Source: Phallusia mammillata (lineage: Eukaryota). Taken from it: a DNA stretch of 64,000 nucleotides. This document shows positions 1 to 11,635 of the stretch, one piece after another (position 1 is the stretch's first letter; each line of letters begins with the position of its first letter). Made by a program: the position numbers and the translations under genes. The DNA lies in assembly GCA_965637545.1 (NCBI GenBank), contig OZ281497.1:21452001-21516000 (forward strand). Reading direction: 5' to 3'. The notes under the pieces are model-generated. The model was not told the DNA's origin. It worked only from the letters and a program-made list of their open reading frames with translations, and made no database searches.

Positions 1-1259
1 TCTCTTCCCTGAAGTGACAAGTTCAGTTGATTGAGAAGGTTAAAAATATCTGCCAGATATGCAAGTTTTCCAAGCCAAATTTCATCGGCTACTAGTGAAG
101 CTAAGTCCGCATTGTGCGCTCGCAAAAAAATTAAAACCTCCTCTCGGAGTTCAAACAGGCGTTCTACAATTTTTCCTCGCGACAGCCATCTAACTTCCGT
201 ATGGAGCAAAAGGCTTGAATGTTCTGAGCCTAGTTCATCGCAAAGTTTCGAAAACATTCGGGACTGCAGTGGGCGAGCTTTGATAGAGTTGATAACTTTG
301 ACACATAAAGATAAGACATCAGACAAAGATTTTCCTAAATGTTTCGCAACAAGCGCTTCGCGATGAATCATGCAGTGCGTTTGTATAATGTTCGGTACTT
401 TTTCCCTGATACGAGCTACAGCCCCGGAGTGCTTGCCGGTCATTGAAGCTGCACCATCGGTACATATAGCCACACATCGTTCCCACGACAGTTCTGATTG
501 TGAAAAGAAATCACAAAGTACGTTGAAAACGTCTAAACCGGTTGTTCTGCATTGCATTTGATGACAAAACATGAAATCTTCTATCATTTCATCTCCCCAT
601 GAATATCGAACATAAACCAAGAGATGTGCTTGGTTGGCAATGTCCGTACTTTCATCCAATTGGATTGCAAAATTAGTTTGATTCAGTCTCTCAAGCAGCT
701 GTGTTTTTATGTCATTCGAAAGTTCATCGATTCTTCTTGAAATCGTGTTGTTCGACAATGGAATTTCTTTAAGCTTGGCTGCACATTTGCCGTCCAAAAC
801 TACTTCACACATGTCAATTGCTGCTGGAAGAATTAAATTTTCCGCAATTGTGTGAGCTTTCTTGGCTCGAGCCACCCTTAGCGCCACTAAATAAGATGCT
901 TTCATTAATTTTTCGTTCGACACCAAAGATTGTCTAAAAGTTTTTTTTTGCTTTAAATATTCTTTCTTCTTTCTGTCAAAAAAAGCCTGTGGCTTTCCAG
1001 CTAGCTCAGGATGTTGAGCCATCAAATGCCGCTTTAACTTGGCTGGTTTCATACATTCATTCGACAATGTTTTGTAGCATATTAAACACTGAGGGTTAGT
1101 AACATCTGAAGGACATTCAATAAACCCGAGCTTAAGATACTCCTCATCATATGTTTGAACCTTTTGTCTCTTCGTCTTCCGGGATGAAACATCCTGAGAT
1201 TGCTGGGCTTCACATTCTGAATCATTCGACTTATCCTTTCGCTTCAAAAATTTATCCAT
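1..1259 (-). CDS. hAT (Buster/ZBED5-SCAND3-like) transposase, N-terminal ~419 codons, runs off the left edge
   Basis: Hand translation from ATG 1259: MDKFLKRK..., BED finger CLIC...KRHLMAQH, LSNNTISRRI, catalytic LDESTD and CTDGAASM, HCMIHRE, HTEVRWLSRG, LAYLADIF. No stop seen; missing from the ORF track presumably because its stop is outside the window. Confidence 0.95.
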   Translation of the reverse strand, partial: MDKFLKRKDKSNDSECEAQQSQDVSSRKTKRQKVQTYDEEYLKLGFIECPSDVTNPQCLICYKTLSNECMKPAKLKRHLMAQHPELAGKPQAFFDRKKKEYLKQKKTFRQSLVSNEKLMKASYLVALRVARAKKAHTIAENLILPAAIDMCEVVLDGKCAAKLKEIPLSNNTISRRIDELSNDIKTQLLERLNQTNFAIQLDESTDIANQAHLLVYVRYSWGDEMIEDFMFCHQMQCRTTGLDVFNVLCDFFSQSELSWERCVAICTDGAASMTGKHSGAVARIREKVPNIIQTHCMIHREALVAKHLGKSLSDVLSLCVKVINSIKARPLQSRMFSKLCDELGSEHSSLLLHTEVRWLSRGKIVERLFELREEVLIFLRAHNADLASLVADEIWLGKLAYLADIFNLLNQLNLSLQGR

Positions 1260-1321
1260 AAGATTTGAACTATAACACTAAAATTTAAAAACAGAAAAAA
1301 ATATCCATGTCAGTCAGGATA

Positions 1322-1528
1322 TTAGAAAAATCGCAGAGGTGGCACTGCAGCTGACTACCGGTACATGTTTGTCAAATTTATTCCAGCACAAATTTTTGCA
1401 ACAGGCTATCGCTTAGCCTCAATTGTTGTAGGCCTACTGACTTTGTAGACTACCGGAGAAAAAGCTGCGCAGAAACATATTTGAAAAAAATGTTGTCAGC
1501 TGCAGTGCTACCTTTGCTATTCTACTAA
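1322..1528. mobile_element. Small MITE-like inverted-repeat element inside the Buster 5' region
   Basis: ~34-bp imperfect TIRs: ttagaaaaatcgcagaggtggcactgcagctgac ... gtcagctgcagtgctacctttgctattctactaa. Confidence 0.6.
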
Positions 1529-1612
1529 AAGTTAACACAAATGAATTATCTGATAACTTCGATTCGTTACTATTCTATCGTCCCTTCGCTACTGCTACTC
1601 TTATACCTAAAC

Positions 1613-2099
1613 CAAAGTATATATAAAACACAAGTAGTCCAACCCATTGTTACGCGATACAGCCGCATGGACGAACGCCATTTTGTGTCCAAATTAATAC
1701 AGCAGGTATAGGGAAAAACACATAAATTGTCTGATTTTTACAAACTGGTGGGATTTAACGCGAGTTTGATAGGTAAAATTGAATAAAACTTTTGGGTTCT
1801 AACATTTGAGCGTGATAATGCACGCTGAACGCAAATATTTAAAGTTTACATGAAAATTAAGCGGCCAAATTTACATGAAAAACAGCAATTTAGCTTTCAA
1901 TATTGCGTTGAAATGTTAGAACCCGAAATTTTCATTCAATTTGGCGAATCAAATTCGCGTCTATGCTCTCCAGTTTGTAAAAATCAGACAATTTATGTGT
2001 TATTTTTCTCCACCCACAGTATCATTTTGGACACAATCTGGCTCCAAGGTTCTATTGCGTAACAATAGGTTGGACAACTTGTGTTTTATATAGACTTTG
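1613..2099. mobile_element. Nested hAT-type MITE
   Basis: ~43-bp TIRs (caaagtatatataaaacacaagtagtccaacccattgttacgc / gcgtaacaataggttggacaacttgtgttttatatagactttg); perfect 8-bp TSD acctaaac at 1605-1612 and 2100-2107. Confidence 0.9.
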
Positions 2100-2878
2100 A
2101 CCTAAACATCGTCCCTTCGCATTGAGTTATTTCTATGTTTTTATGTATTATTTTGAATTATTAAGCTAGGCCTAAGGCCAATTCGAACAAAAATTGAAAC
2201 TTCAGAACTTCATAACCTTACCACCTATGGGGTTATCTATTTTAATGCTCGGACTACATAGACCTACAGGTAGATAACCGAAAAACAGTTTAGCCTTGTA
2301 GCTATATGGCAAACCTTCCCGACTGCTATACACCGTACTTTTAATTGTTGCATCATAGACGCCGAATGCAATTTTTAGGTAGAGCAACTACCAAGACGTA
2401 CTAATTCATTTCAAATATTTAAGATTGACACGGCCTAACATTCATTAAATAATTCATTTTAGTTACGAATCACGGAAACATTCATCTGCGACAATGGAAG
2501 TACGGTACCATACAATGTCAAGCCTGTTTTCGCCATTTTGTCATATCGTCAGGGACCCCCTGTGCAGTCTTTGCGGACCCCCAGGGGTCCGCGGACCCCA
2601 CTTTGGGAAACCCTGGATTAGACCGTTATTACTTACTGTTAGTTTGTAGTCTTAGGGCATATAAATTCAAAAGCTGTATATTTATTGTGTTGTAACTTCC
2701 TTTCGTGTCAATAGTTTTTCTCGCAATTTCAGTCACTCCCAATCACAACATGTTGGTATAGTTTTGACATGATTATAACAACTTATATTGGGCATGTTCA
2801 AAAGTTTATGCAATTTTCTTATTTCCAGGTGGTAACACAGTTTTAATTTACTAAATTGTATCTGGTGCTGTTTCTGTG

Positions 2879-4142
2879 ATGCAAATCAGTAGCAGCATCA
2901 CCAGTGAAAATGATGATGGCACGGGACTTTACAAACGTCGCTGGTTTTTCCTAGTTATTCTCGCGCAAATCCAACTACTTACCGGCACGTCGTTCGCCCT
3001 GTTTGGTCAAATCAACAACTTTTTTGTGTTATACTTTGACGTTACCTACACTCAAGTGGACTGGTTAACTATTGCATATTATGCCGGACCATTGTTTTCC
3101 ACTCTTCCATTTGTCTTTCTGACGTTCAAGCGCTTGGTCGGCTTCAGACTAATCTCAGTTTTCGCAGCAGCCGCAAACGCAATTGGGTTTACCTTGTTTG
3201 CATTATCCATGATTGACCAACATCTATTTGCTGTCAGTATATTGGGACAGTTTGTGAATGGCATCGCGAACCAGGTTATCACAGTTACGCAACCCATATT
3301 TGCCGCTACTTGGTTTCCAGAGCATCAAGTGGGCACGGCTATTGGTGTTAATCTTGCTGGATACTTTATTGGATACATCATTGGTCTGATTGTTCCTTCC
3401 CATATTATGACCCTTAAGTTTGGTAACACCACACAGCCGGGTGGACATAGTGTAATAAACAAAAACAAGTTTGTATTGATAATTTTCTATACTAGTTGTG
3501 CTGTGATATCTGTCATCTCCGCAATTGCTTTGGGAATCTTTTCCACGGATCTTCCACCAAAGCCACTGACTCTGGCCCAGCGGCGAAAGAGAAATTCTGC
3601 CAAATCCATCCCCGAATGGAGAGAGTGTTGGCACCAAATAAAAACTATTTTTTTCCAACAAAGCATTTATGTTCTCAATGCTTATCTTAAGTATAGCCGT
3701 AATGCTAATTATATCTAGCATGATCTTATCTTTTATATCAAGCACCGCAATAGTTTTAGGTGTATATTTTGCACAATATCGAATATTGTATGGTGGGAAC
3801 GCAGTGCTTGGATTTTTTACCCAGATTGCAGTTGTCGTGTTGTTCGATATTTCAACGCAAACAACTTTTCCCATCGACGAGACTTTTGTAAGCATTTGGT
3901 TAGCGGGCCTTGCTCTCCCTACGGGAATTTTTTACGGCGAAATTGGTCGAGTTCTTTTCAACTCTGTTGGTGGTTTAAGTGTTGTAATATTTCAAAGCAT
4001 TGTATTTTTGTTGGGTGTAATTCTTGCGTGCTTTGCATCCCCTCAAAACCTTCGCATTGCGGCTTCATCGAGTTGTGAGTTTGACATTAGGATTGCGGAA
4101 AGTGTTGCTTTATTAGGTGAAGAATCGAACGACCAAAAATAA
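2879..4142 (+). pseudogene. SLC49/FLVCR-like MFS transporter copy 1, frameshifted and internally deleted
   Basis: ORFs 2876-3718 and 3669-4142 align with the 481-aa paralogue. Frameshift in a T-run near 3650 and an in-frame loss of ~60 codons (LPTVEFTMMSQ...KKYDR) near 3705. Confidence 0.85.
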
Positions 4143-4207
4143 ATATGTTTCTATATTTTGTCATTGAAATATTTTCTCTAGTGATTTCTCCAGCATTTAA
4201 ATTATAC

Positions 4208-4693
4208 CAGTGGTTCCCAACCTGGAGTTCGCGGACCGCCAAGGGGTCCGTGAGATGGTTTCAGGGGGTCCGTGGAGGCAAACAATTGTAGTAGCATTAA
4301 CAACAGTACAATATTTTTAAGTTCCCAAACCGTTTTTACAATCCTGCATCTGAGTGCAAACTGTTTATCAAACCCTTGGATCAGGAAAACTTGTAATTGT
4401 TACGTCCATTGTGACATAACAACACACATTAACAATAGAACGTATTGTGCTTTGTTTCAAGTATTGTACACCTGAAAATTTATCTCTTCGTTGCATAGGC
4501 TGGTACAGTACAGAACTTTATTGAGATTGAAGGACTGTAAAGGTTGACTAAAGGTCTGCCCGTAAAATCGAAAGTATAATAACGTATAATGCAGGAAACA
4601 AAAAAACATAACAAGACTAAATTGTGTTGGGGGTCCGCGGATCTATAAAATTTATAAAAGGGATCCGTGACTACAAAAAGGTTGGAACCACTG
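4208..4693. mobile_element. hAT (Buster-type) MITE
   Basis: TIRs CAGTGGTTCCCAACC ... GGTTGGAACCACTG; perfect TSD aattatac at 4200-4207 and 4694-4701; subterminal GGGGTCCG motifs like those of the element ending at 2615. Confidence 0.92.
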
Positions 4694-5062
4694 AATTATA
4701 CATTCATTGATTTTTATCGTTATCTGACAGTTGTGTCGTCGACAAGGACCGGGCCGCGGCCTGGCGCCGGTCTTAAAGGAGGTGGTTACTGGCCGTATAC
4801 TTTTCCGGTTAAATGCCCAGGAACATGTTTGTTGCAGTCTTTGTGTCAAGGCCCTTCGATCCCTTATTTAGTTGTTATTGCTAAGACAAATATTTCAGCA
4901 CTTTGTTTACGTCATTTTATTTAGTATATCATCCATACTATTATAAGTCAGTTCGGTATGAACCTTAAATTTGAACAAAACGAGCTTAAATCAGACTTTA
5001 CTTTCAGCTACGTTTATGTTTTAATTTTGTGTCGTAGTTTCAAAAGCATGTACGATTGGTAG

Positions 5063-5310
5063 CATATGTGTATGTAAGCTTGCTAGTTATAGTTTACAAC
5101 AAGAACAGAGTTATAAGCGGATCTTGGCCCTAATAGTATATTCTACGTTGGTGTCGTAATTCTGCGCTAATGAATTTTATTTTCGGCATCAACTAATTGC
5201 GATTTAAAAAAAAAAAACGTCCCGGAAAGGTTTGAGGAGTGTACTTTAGGGCCAAGATCCGCTTACAGCAATGTGCTTGTTGTAAACTACAACTAGCAAG
5301 CTTACATGTG
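5063..5310. mobile_element. Foldback/MITE-like element with ~70-bp TIRs; second copy at ~13598-13820
   Basis: taagcttgctagttatagtttacaacaag...taagcggatcttggccctaa versus ttagggccaagatccgctta...cttgttgtaaactacaactagcaagctta. Confidence 0.75.
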
Positions 5311-5700
5311 CTCTGACTGGTATAATCTGACTTTTAATCAGTCCTAACAATACTATTACCTTTTTCCCACGTAACGATATTACTAAAAAATCCGTATGAC
5401 AGGAAGAGGAGATGCAACGGAAAAGACCAGGCTTGACAACAAAAGGCAAATAAGTCACGACAGGGTGTTACAGTTTTTGAAAGTTATAATAATGCTGTTT
5501 GGTTTTGTACGTTTTATACGTTTTTTTGTTTATGTCAGATCTGAAATAGTGTATCTAGTGATTGAGATCTGTACGAATACCAAAACATTTAGTATGATAA
5601 CAAAAACGAATGAAAGGCCATGTTTAACTAATTAACGTTTGTTTTGTATCAGATCAGTATTAATAATCGTATTTTGTTCTAAAAGTTATCTAGCATTGTT

Positions 5701-7146
5701 ATGATGTTATCAAGCAGGAACATCAACAGTAATTTTGATGATGAGACGAGACTTTACAAACGTCGTTGGTTCTTCCTTGTTCTGCTTTCACTGACTCTGC
5801 TGCATTCCGGTAGCTCGATGGCCATGTTTGGCCAAATCAATAACTTTTTTGTGGCCTATTTCCATGTAACATACAAACAGGTGGATTGGATGACTATCAT
5901 CTATTTTGCAGCTCCGATTCTTTCAATAATTCCACTTTCTTTGCTGTCATTTGGACGTCTGGTCGGCTTCAAGTTTATCGCTGTTTTTGCAGCAGCCACG
6001 AATGCATTTGGTTTTGCATTGTTTGCGGTTTCTATGATAGACCGACATTTGTTTGCTATAAGTATATTCGGACAGTTGGTGAATGGAATTGCTAACCACG
6101 TCGGTAACATCGCACTACCTACATTTGCCGCTACTTGGTTTCCAGAGAACCAAATGGGCACGGCTATTGGAGTTAATCTTGCTGGATACTATATTGGTGA
6201 AACAATTGGTCTGATAGTACCATCCCATACCATGACCCTAAAGTTTGGTAACACCACGCATTCCCGTGGAGATATTGAGCTAAACAACAACAGACACGCA
6301 TTAATCGTATTCTACAGCGTTTGTGCGGTGGTATCTGTTATTTCTGCAATTCTTTTGGGAATATTAGCCACAGATCTTCCTCCAAAACCGCCGACCCTGT
6401 CTCAGCTACTCAAGCGGAATTCTGTGAAAGTCAGACCCGAGTGGCGAGAGTATTGGAACCAGTTGAAAGTTATTTTTTCCAATAAAAGCTTTGTTTCGGC
6501 GATTCTGATTTTTAGTATCACCGGAATGTTACCCACGGTTGAATTCACTATGATGTCGCAGATTATTCGGCATTTTAAAATAAAAAATCCCATCATTCCA
6601 AATGCTGACATCATGGGCGTCTATGTTATGTGTTTCTTTGCAGGTGGTTGCGTTTTGGGAACATTGTTAGGTGCGAAATTGGTAAATTTGTACAAAAAAT
6701 ACGACAGACTAATGATATTTAGTATGTTTTTATCTTTTCTATCGAGCATCGCAATATTGTTGGGTGTATACTTTGCTCAATACCATGTATTGTATGCTGG
6801 CAACGCATTGCTTGGAATATTTACTCAAATTGCACTAGTAATTATGTTTGACATCTCAATGCAGACAACTTTTCCTGTGGACGAAACATTTGTGGCCATT
6901 TGGTTAAGTGGATTAGCTTGTCCGACTGCAATATTTTACGGCGAAATCGGTCGAGTTCTTTTCAACACTCTGGGTGGTTTGGCTGTTGTCACTTTTCAAA
7001 GCATTGTATTTTTGTTTGGACTTGTCCTGGCGTGTTTTGTATCGCCACGAAACAGCCGTATTGAGGCTTCATCTAATGTCAAACTATGCACTGGAGGCAC
7101 AGAAATTACTTCTTTGTTGTGTGACCGAAGTCATGAGCCGAAATAA
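5701..7146 (+). CDS. SLC49/FLVCR-family MFS transporter copy 2 (481 aa, intact, intronless)
   Basis: About 12 hydrophobic segments; family motifs LYKRRW, VDW, GQ, WFPENQ.GTAIG, PPKPPT, TFPVDE. Confidence 0.92.
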   Translation: MMLSSRNINSNFDDETRLYKRRWFFLVLLSLTLLHSGSSMAMFGQINNFFVAYFHVTYKQVDWMTIIYFAAPILSIIPLSLLSFGRLVGFKFIAVFAAATNAFGFALFAVSMIDRHLFAISIFGQLVNGIANHVGNIALPTFAATWFPENQMGTAIGVNLAGYYIGETIGLIVPSHTMTLKFGNTTHSRGDIELNNNRHALIVFYSVCAVVSVISAILLGILATDLPPKPPTLSQLLKRNSVKVRPEWREYWNQLKVIFSNKSFVSAILIFSITGMLPTVEFTMMSQIIRHFKIKNPIIPNADIMGVYVMCFFAGGCVLGTLLGAKLVNLYKKYDRLMIFSMFLSFLSSIAILLGVYFAQYHVLYAGNALLGIFTQIALVIMFDISMQTTFPVDETFVAIWLSGLACPTAIFYGEIGRVLFNTLGGLAVVTFQSIVFLFGLVLACFVSPRNSRIEASSNVKLCTGGTEITSLLCDRSHEPK

Positions 7147-7804
7147 GTTTGTTACTTCTATTCGTATTTTGTTTCATCTTTATACACCAGCAAAGTTTTT
7201 TTGGTTGCTTTTTTGGGTGTAATTGAATGATCGCTTATCATTTGCCATGTAAGTGCTTCTGCTCTTTAGCTAACATATGCTGGGAGCTTTACGACTGTCG
7301 AAGAATTGTCTGCTTTTGGAACAGTCACATCCTTGTCTCTAAATTGGCGGAAACGCGGTTGTGGGAGATCCAATAGAAAGATTGTCGACATTTGCAGGAG
7401 TCAATCTAGAACAGGGGTGTACAACCCTTTTGATAATCACAGCCGCATCATGAGGCGCATGTTTTGCCAACTACCGCCAGTGTCTCCAGGTTGATTGTTT
7501 TGAAATTGCAGATTGAAACCAAACATATCACCAATGCCTTTTTCCATAAACATATCTGAATTGTCGATCACTCTTTACCGTTTATGTGACATCACCAACT
7601 ATGTGACCATGTTTGTGTTGCCTACCAAGTTTGCAATGTTTGTGCACAATAAGCCAAATATCTGAGAAATATTTCTAGTTGGCCTGTAACGCATATTTCT
7701 AGGCTAAACTCATTTGGACCTAGGTGTTTAAAAGACAAATATCTAAAAACAGAGTAAAAATTAATGTGAACCACCGCAATTGTATCATGCATTATACACT
7801 ATAG

Positions 7805-8362
7805 CAGGGGTGGCCAACTTGTTAGTCGTTGAGATCGACAAAAAATTTCTTAATCGTACGCGATCGACTGTTCTGTAGTATTTTAGGCTGCCACTGACAC
7901 AAAGCAATAACTCACATTTTCTGCATGCAATTTGATAAACAGTTACCCCATATATGTAGTTATGAGTTTTATTGTCAACAAAACGTCTCATATATACATA
8001 TTTGTCGTCAAAAAAGTCAGTGGAATGTTTGCGTCATCATTTCGTTCACTAACGTTTCATAGTCAGGGGTGTATCCCGTCAAAGACAGCTTAAGGCAATC
8101 GCGTAAGTGGTTGTCAGTGAGCATAGCACGGTGTTTTGTTTTGATTACATGAATAAAAACGCAGATTCATATAAATAAGTGGAACCAAAACAGTAATGAA
8201 TATACTCCGCACATTTTTTAACATTGGTGTATTTTACGTCTACAACCTGCCAGAAATCATTTTCGCCCGACCGAGCCCTGAGGAATACGTCAGCTTTTAT
8301 CGCCAACATTTCCATTTCAATTGCCGCTCTATCCAATTCAAACACTTCACTGATTTGGTTAT
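7805..8362 (-). mobile_element. 3' fragment of a hAT element with a decayed transposase C-terminus (GTF2IRD2/EPM2AIP1-like)
   Basis: TIR CAGGGGTGGCCAAC at 7805. Minus strand reads FGSTYLYESAF, then after a frameshift IKTKHRAMLTDNHLRDCLKLSLTGYTPDYETLV, typical of the hAT dimerisation domain. Confidence 0.8.
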
Positions 8363-9783
8363 TTACTTGCAATCAGGTCGTTCCTGGTCGATCAGAATGG
8401 GTGTTGTTTCAATATGGTCACTTGCTGTTTTGGCAATGTCAATGCGTCCGTACACTGGTGAAAACAGCCTGGTGAGCATCAGGGCGACAAGCGTCATTGC
8501 GCTTTGAAATGCGACAACAGCCAAGGCGCCACAAGACTTGAAAAGAGCTCGGCCTATACCAGCAAACACAATTCCAGTGGGTAAAGTTACCCCAATCAGC
8601 CAAACACTTACAATCGTCTCATCGACGGGGTAGGTGTGTTGAGTGGAGAGGTCATACAATGAGATCAGGGTAGTTTGTCCGATCAAGCCCATCGAAAAGT
8701 TTCCAACAAACAGCAGAGGAAGTTGTGCAAAGTAAACTCCCAGTGTAAGAATTCCAGATGACAGTACCACCGCAAATGTGCTAACACTGGCCAGTCGGTC
8801 ATATCTTTACATTGGTCAACCAATTTGCCTCCGATCAAGCACCCGAACACGTTTCCGACCGAGTAACTACACATGACGTAAGCGCCGACGACGTCATACT
8901 GTAGCGAAAGTTTTTCTGAAATCGCAATTTGTTTGACGATTTGTGACATCATGGTAAACTCGACTGTTGGGCACAGAAACACGATTGCGAAAACCAGAAG
9001 AACCACAATAAATGTTCGGTTTGTAAAAATCTTTTTTGTCTGCGACCAAAACTTTTTACAGCTAGTGTTTGTTGGAATGCTATAACTTTTCAGTGCTTGT
9101 GCAACTGTCGGAGGTTTGGGGGGAAGATCGGTTGCGAAAATTACCAGCATGATACCCACAATTGCGGCGATTGCTGCGCAAACACCATAAAACCATATTA
9201 ACATGTACTTGTGCTTTGTTATCGATAGATATTCTTTTCCTTTCATTGAAAAGTTTCCCGTTCCAAGTTGTAGCAAATGAGATGGCACAAGCAGGCCTAC
9301 GACGTTACCAACATGCAGTCCCATTGTATTCAGGCCCATTGCTGTTCCCACTTCGTTTTCTGGAAACCACAAAGCAGCAAACACTGGGGGTATTGTAGTG
9401 ATAAGTTGCCCTGCAAAACCGTTGAGAGTTTGGCCAACGACGCTAATAGCAAAAAGCGACTTGTTCACCATAGAAACTGCAACACATGCATATCCCATTG
9501 CACAAGATATTGCACAAACTACTGCAAGCAACTTAAAGGCAAGAAGTTTTCTATAAAACAGCAATGCCAACGGCAGCGTGACAAAAACCGGTGAGACGAA
9601 AAAAGCGACAGTCATCCAGTCCACTTGAATAAATGTGATGTTAAAGTAAGCGACAAAAAAGTTGTTGATCTGCCCGAACGCTGCAAAAGCCACGCCTAAC
9701 AACATTTGCAACAGCGTCAGTGCCGCAAGAAACAACCAGCGTCTTCCATACAGATAGGTGTCTTCACTTGTACAGATATTCAT
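8363..9783 (-). pseudogene. SLC49-like MFS copy 3, single -1 frameshift (pseudogene or sequencing indel)
   Basis: ORFs 8683-9846 and 8363-8770 join into a full-length protein if one A is restored near 8806-8810 (aaa-aga-tat-gac, K-R-Y-D as in paralogues). ATG at 9783. Confidence 0.8.
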
Positions 9784-10537
9784 TTTACTCGGTTGCTTTC
9801 TGTCCAAACTTTCAATCTGTATAAAACTAAGCAAAATAAAAAGCACACCTTATGCAATTAAGGTGGAGTTTGCCCAAACTCGCAGCTTGTTATCCTTGGA
9901 ATTGCTATTGTCGTATTAAAAGCGTAATAGCATTACTAAAACAGTCTGCTTGTCAGGAAAGGGATGCAGAGGAAGAGACCAATATTGAACTTAAAATGCA
10001 AATGAGTCGCAACTGATTGTTGCTGTTTTTCGAAAGTTAAAGTAATAATGTTTGAATGTGTACTTTTTGTTCACGAACCTTCAAAGTACTATAAACTATA
10101 AAGAATAACCGGATAAGTAAAATTTAACTGGTATCAAGGGCAGGCTATATCTAGTATATTGGTATCAAGTTGTTTGGTTTGTAACTAATTAGCCAAAGTC
10201 AAAAGATAATTTTGTGTGAGTAGTAACTTTTTGTCCATAAAATGTAACATGAATGAGGTGTTTCGCGAATTAACTGTTACTGTTTGAATTTGTTGCAACG
10301 GAAAGTTTTGGTTGTTTTTTGATAGCTGCGTTATGAAATGTGTGTTTTATGTTCGTTTAACAAACCAGCTGTTTAGTTTGCTTAATTGCTAAAAAGTTAT
10401 TTAGACGTTGATTTCGTTTGCAGCAGTAATAAGGTCAGTACTAATGCTAGAAAACTTTACTGGGTTTGAAAATCTAGTTGGTTTTTGTACCACATTCTAA
10501 ACAAGTGTAAAACCACCGTGTTGGGCGTTATTTAAAG

Positions 10538-10769
10538 CAGGGGTCGGCAACCTTTTTTTGCACTGCGGACCGTTTTTGAAACTGAAATTTTTATCGCGGA
10601 CCGGCCTCTAAAAAACTATATTTAACAATATACATGCTTAAATTATGTTATCATCCCCGGGAAGCACAGGGAAAATGTTTCAAAACATTTAACCTGTAAA
10701 CTATACTACCCGGCAACGAAATTCTCGCCGACCGGCATCGGACGGCGGACCAGCGGTTGCCGACCACAC
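10538..10769. mobile_element. hAT MITE (older)
   Basis: CAGGGGTCGGCAACC ... GGTTGCCGACCAC; degenerate TSD atttaaag/acttaagg. Confidence 0.75.
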
Positions 10770-11635
10770 ACTTAAGGAACTGGCAAGCCCATCAACGAAT
10801 CACCAATATTTTGTCAAACATATAAAATGCTTGCTAAAACGAAAAATTGGCGTATAGTTAAGAAATGTTTGTTTGTAAACTTTATTCACGACCCAATGCG
10901 TCAGGCAGTACGCCTGTTTGCGACCTTGGATCAAGATTTAAGCGGTCGTGAACATGTCAACTAATACATGATATAGGCCTACTTGCGGTCGTCCACAATA
11001 ATTCTTCTCTATTGTTAATTCGCTTTTTATTCAGCTAGGTTTAAACGTGTTTTAGCCTGAAAATGTGCACTACAATCCAACTAGAAATACTTGTCAGACC
11101 TTTAGCTCACTGTGTACAAACAATGCAAACTTGGCAAGCAACACAAACGTAGCCATATGGATGGTGATGTCTTATAAACGGTAAAGAGTGATCGACAAAT
11201 CAGCTATATCTATGGATAAAGGCATTGATGATATGTTATGTTTCAATTTGTAATTTAAAAACAATCAACCTGGAGACACTGGCGGAAGTTGGTAAAACAT
11301 GCGCCTGCTGATGCGACTGTCATTAGCCCAAAAGGTTGTGCACCCCTGTTTTAGGTTGACGCTTACAAATGTCCACAATCTTTCTATTGGATCTCCCACA
11401 ACCGCGCTTCCGCCAATTTTATACAACAATGTGACAGTTTCAAACCAGACAATTCTTCGACAGTTGTAAAGCTCTCAGCATATGTTGGATAAAGAGCAGA
11501 AGCTCTGTGTTACATGGCAAATCAAAAGCGTTCATTTAATTACATCTAAAAAAGGAAAACAAACTTTCCTGACGTAAAAAAAACTAAAACAAAATAGAAA
11601 TAAATTAATAAATTATTAATAATAAATTAATAAAT

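Larger units (their letters stand above)
1..2615 (-). mobile_element. Buster/Charlie-type hAT DNA transposon, 5' part (other end lies beyond the window)
   Basis: Terminal sequence on the minus strand CAGGGTTTCCCAAAGTGGGGTCCGCGGACCCC ends at 2615; it is followed by gatTAgac, matching the Buster nnnTAnnn 8-bp target consensus; transposase ORF inside. Confidence 0.9.
4900..7720. repeat. Left arm of inverted segmental duplication (partner ~11035-14045)
   Basis: Upstream region, MFS CDS and 3' flank are the reverse complement of ~11035-14045 (e.g. tatatcatccatactatt vs aatagtatggatgatata; 7150-7700 vs 11050-11630). Ends approximate. Confidence 0.9.

Noticed and set aside
31-561. Plus-strand ORFs 31-366 and 370-561
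   Set aside because: Antisense to the transposase.
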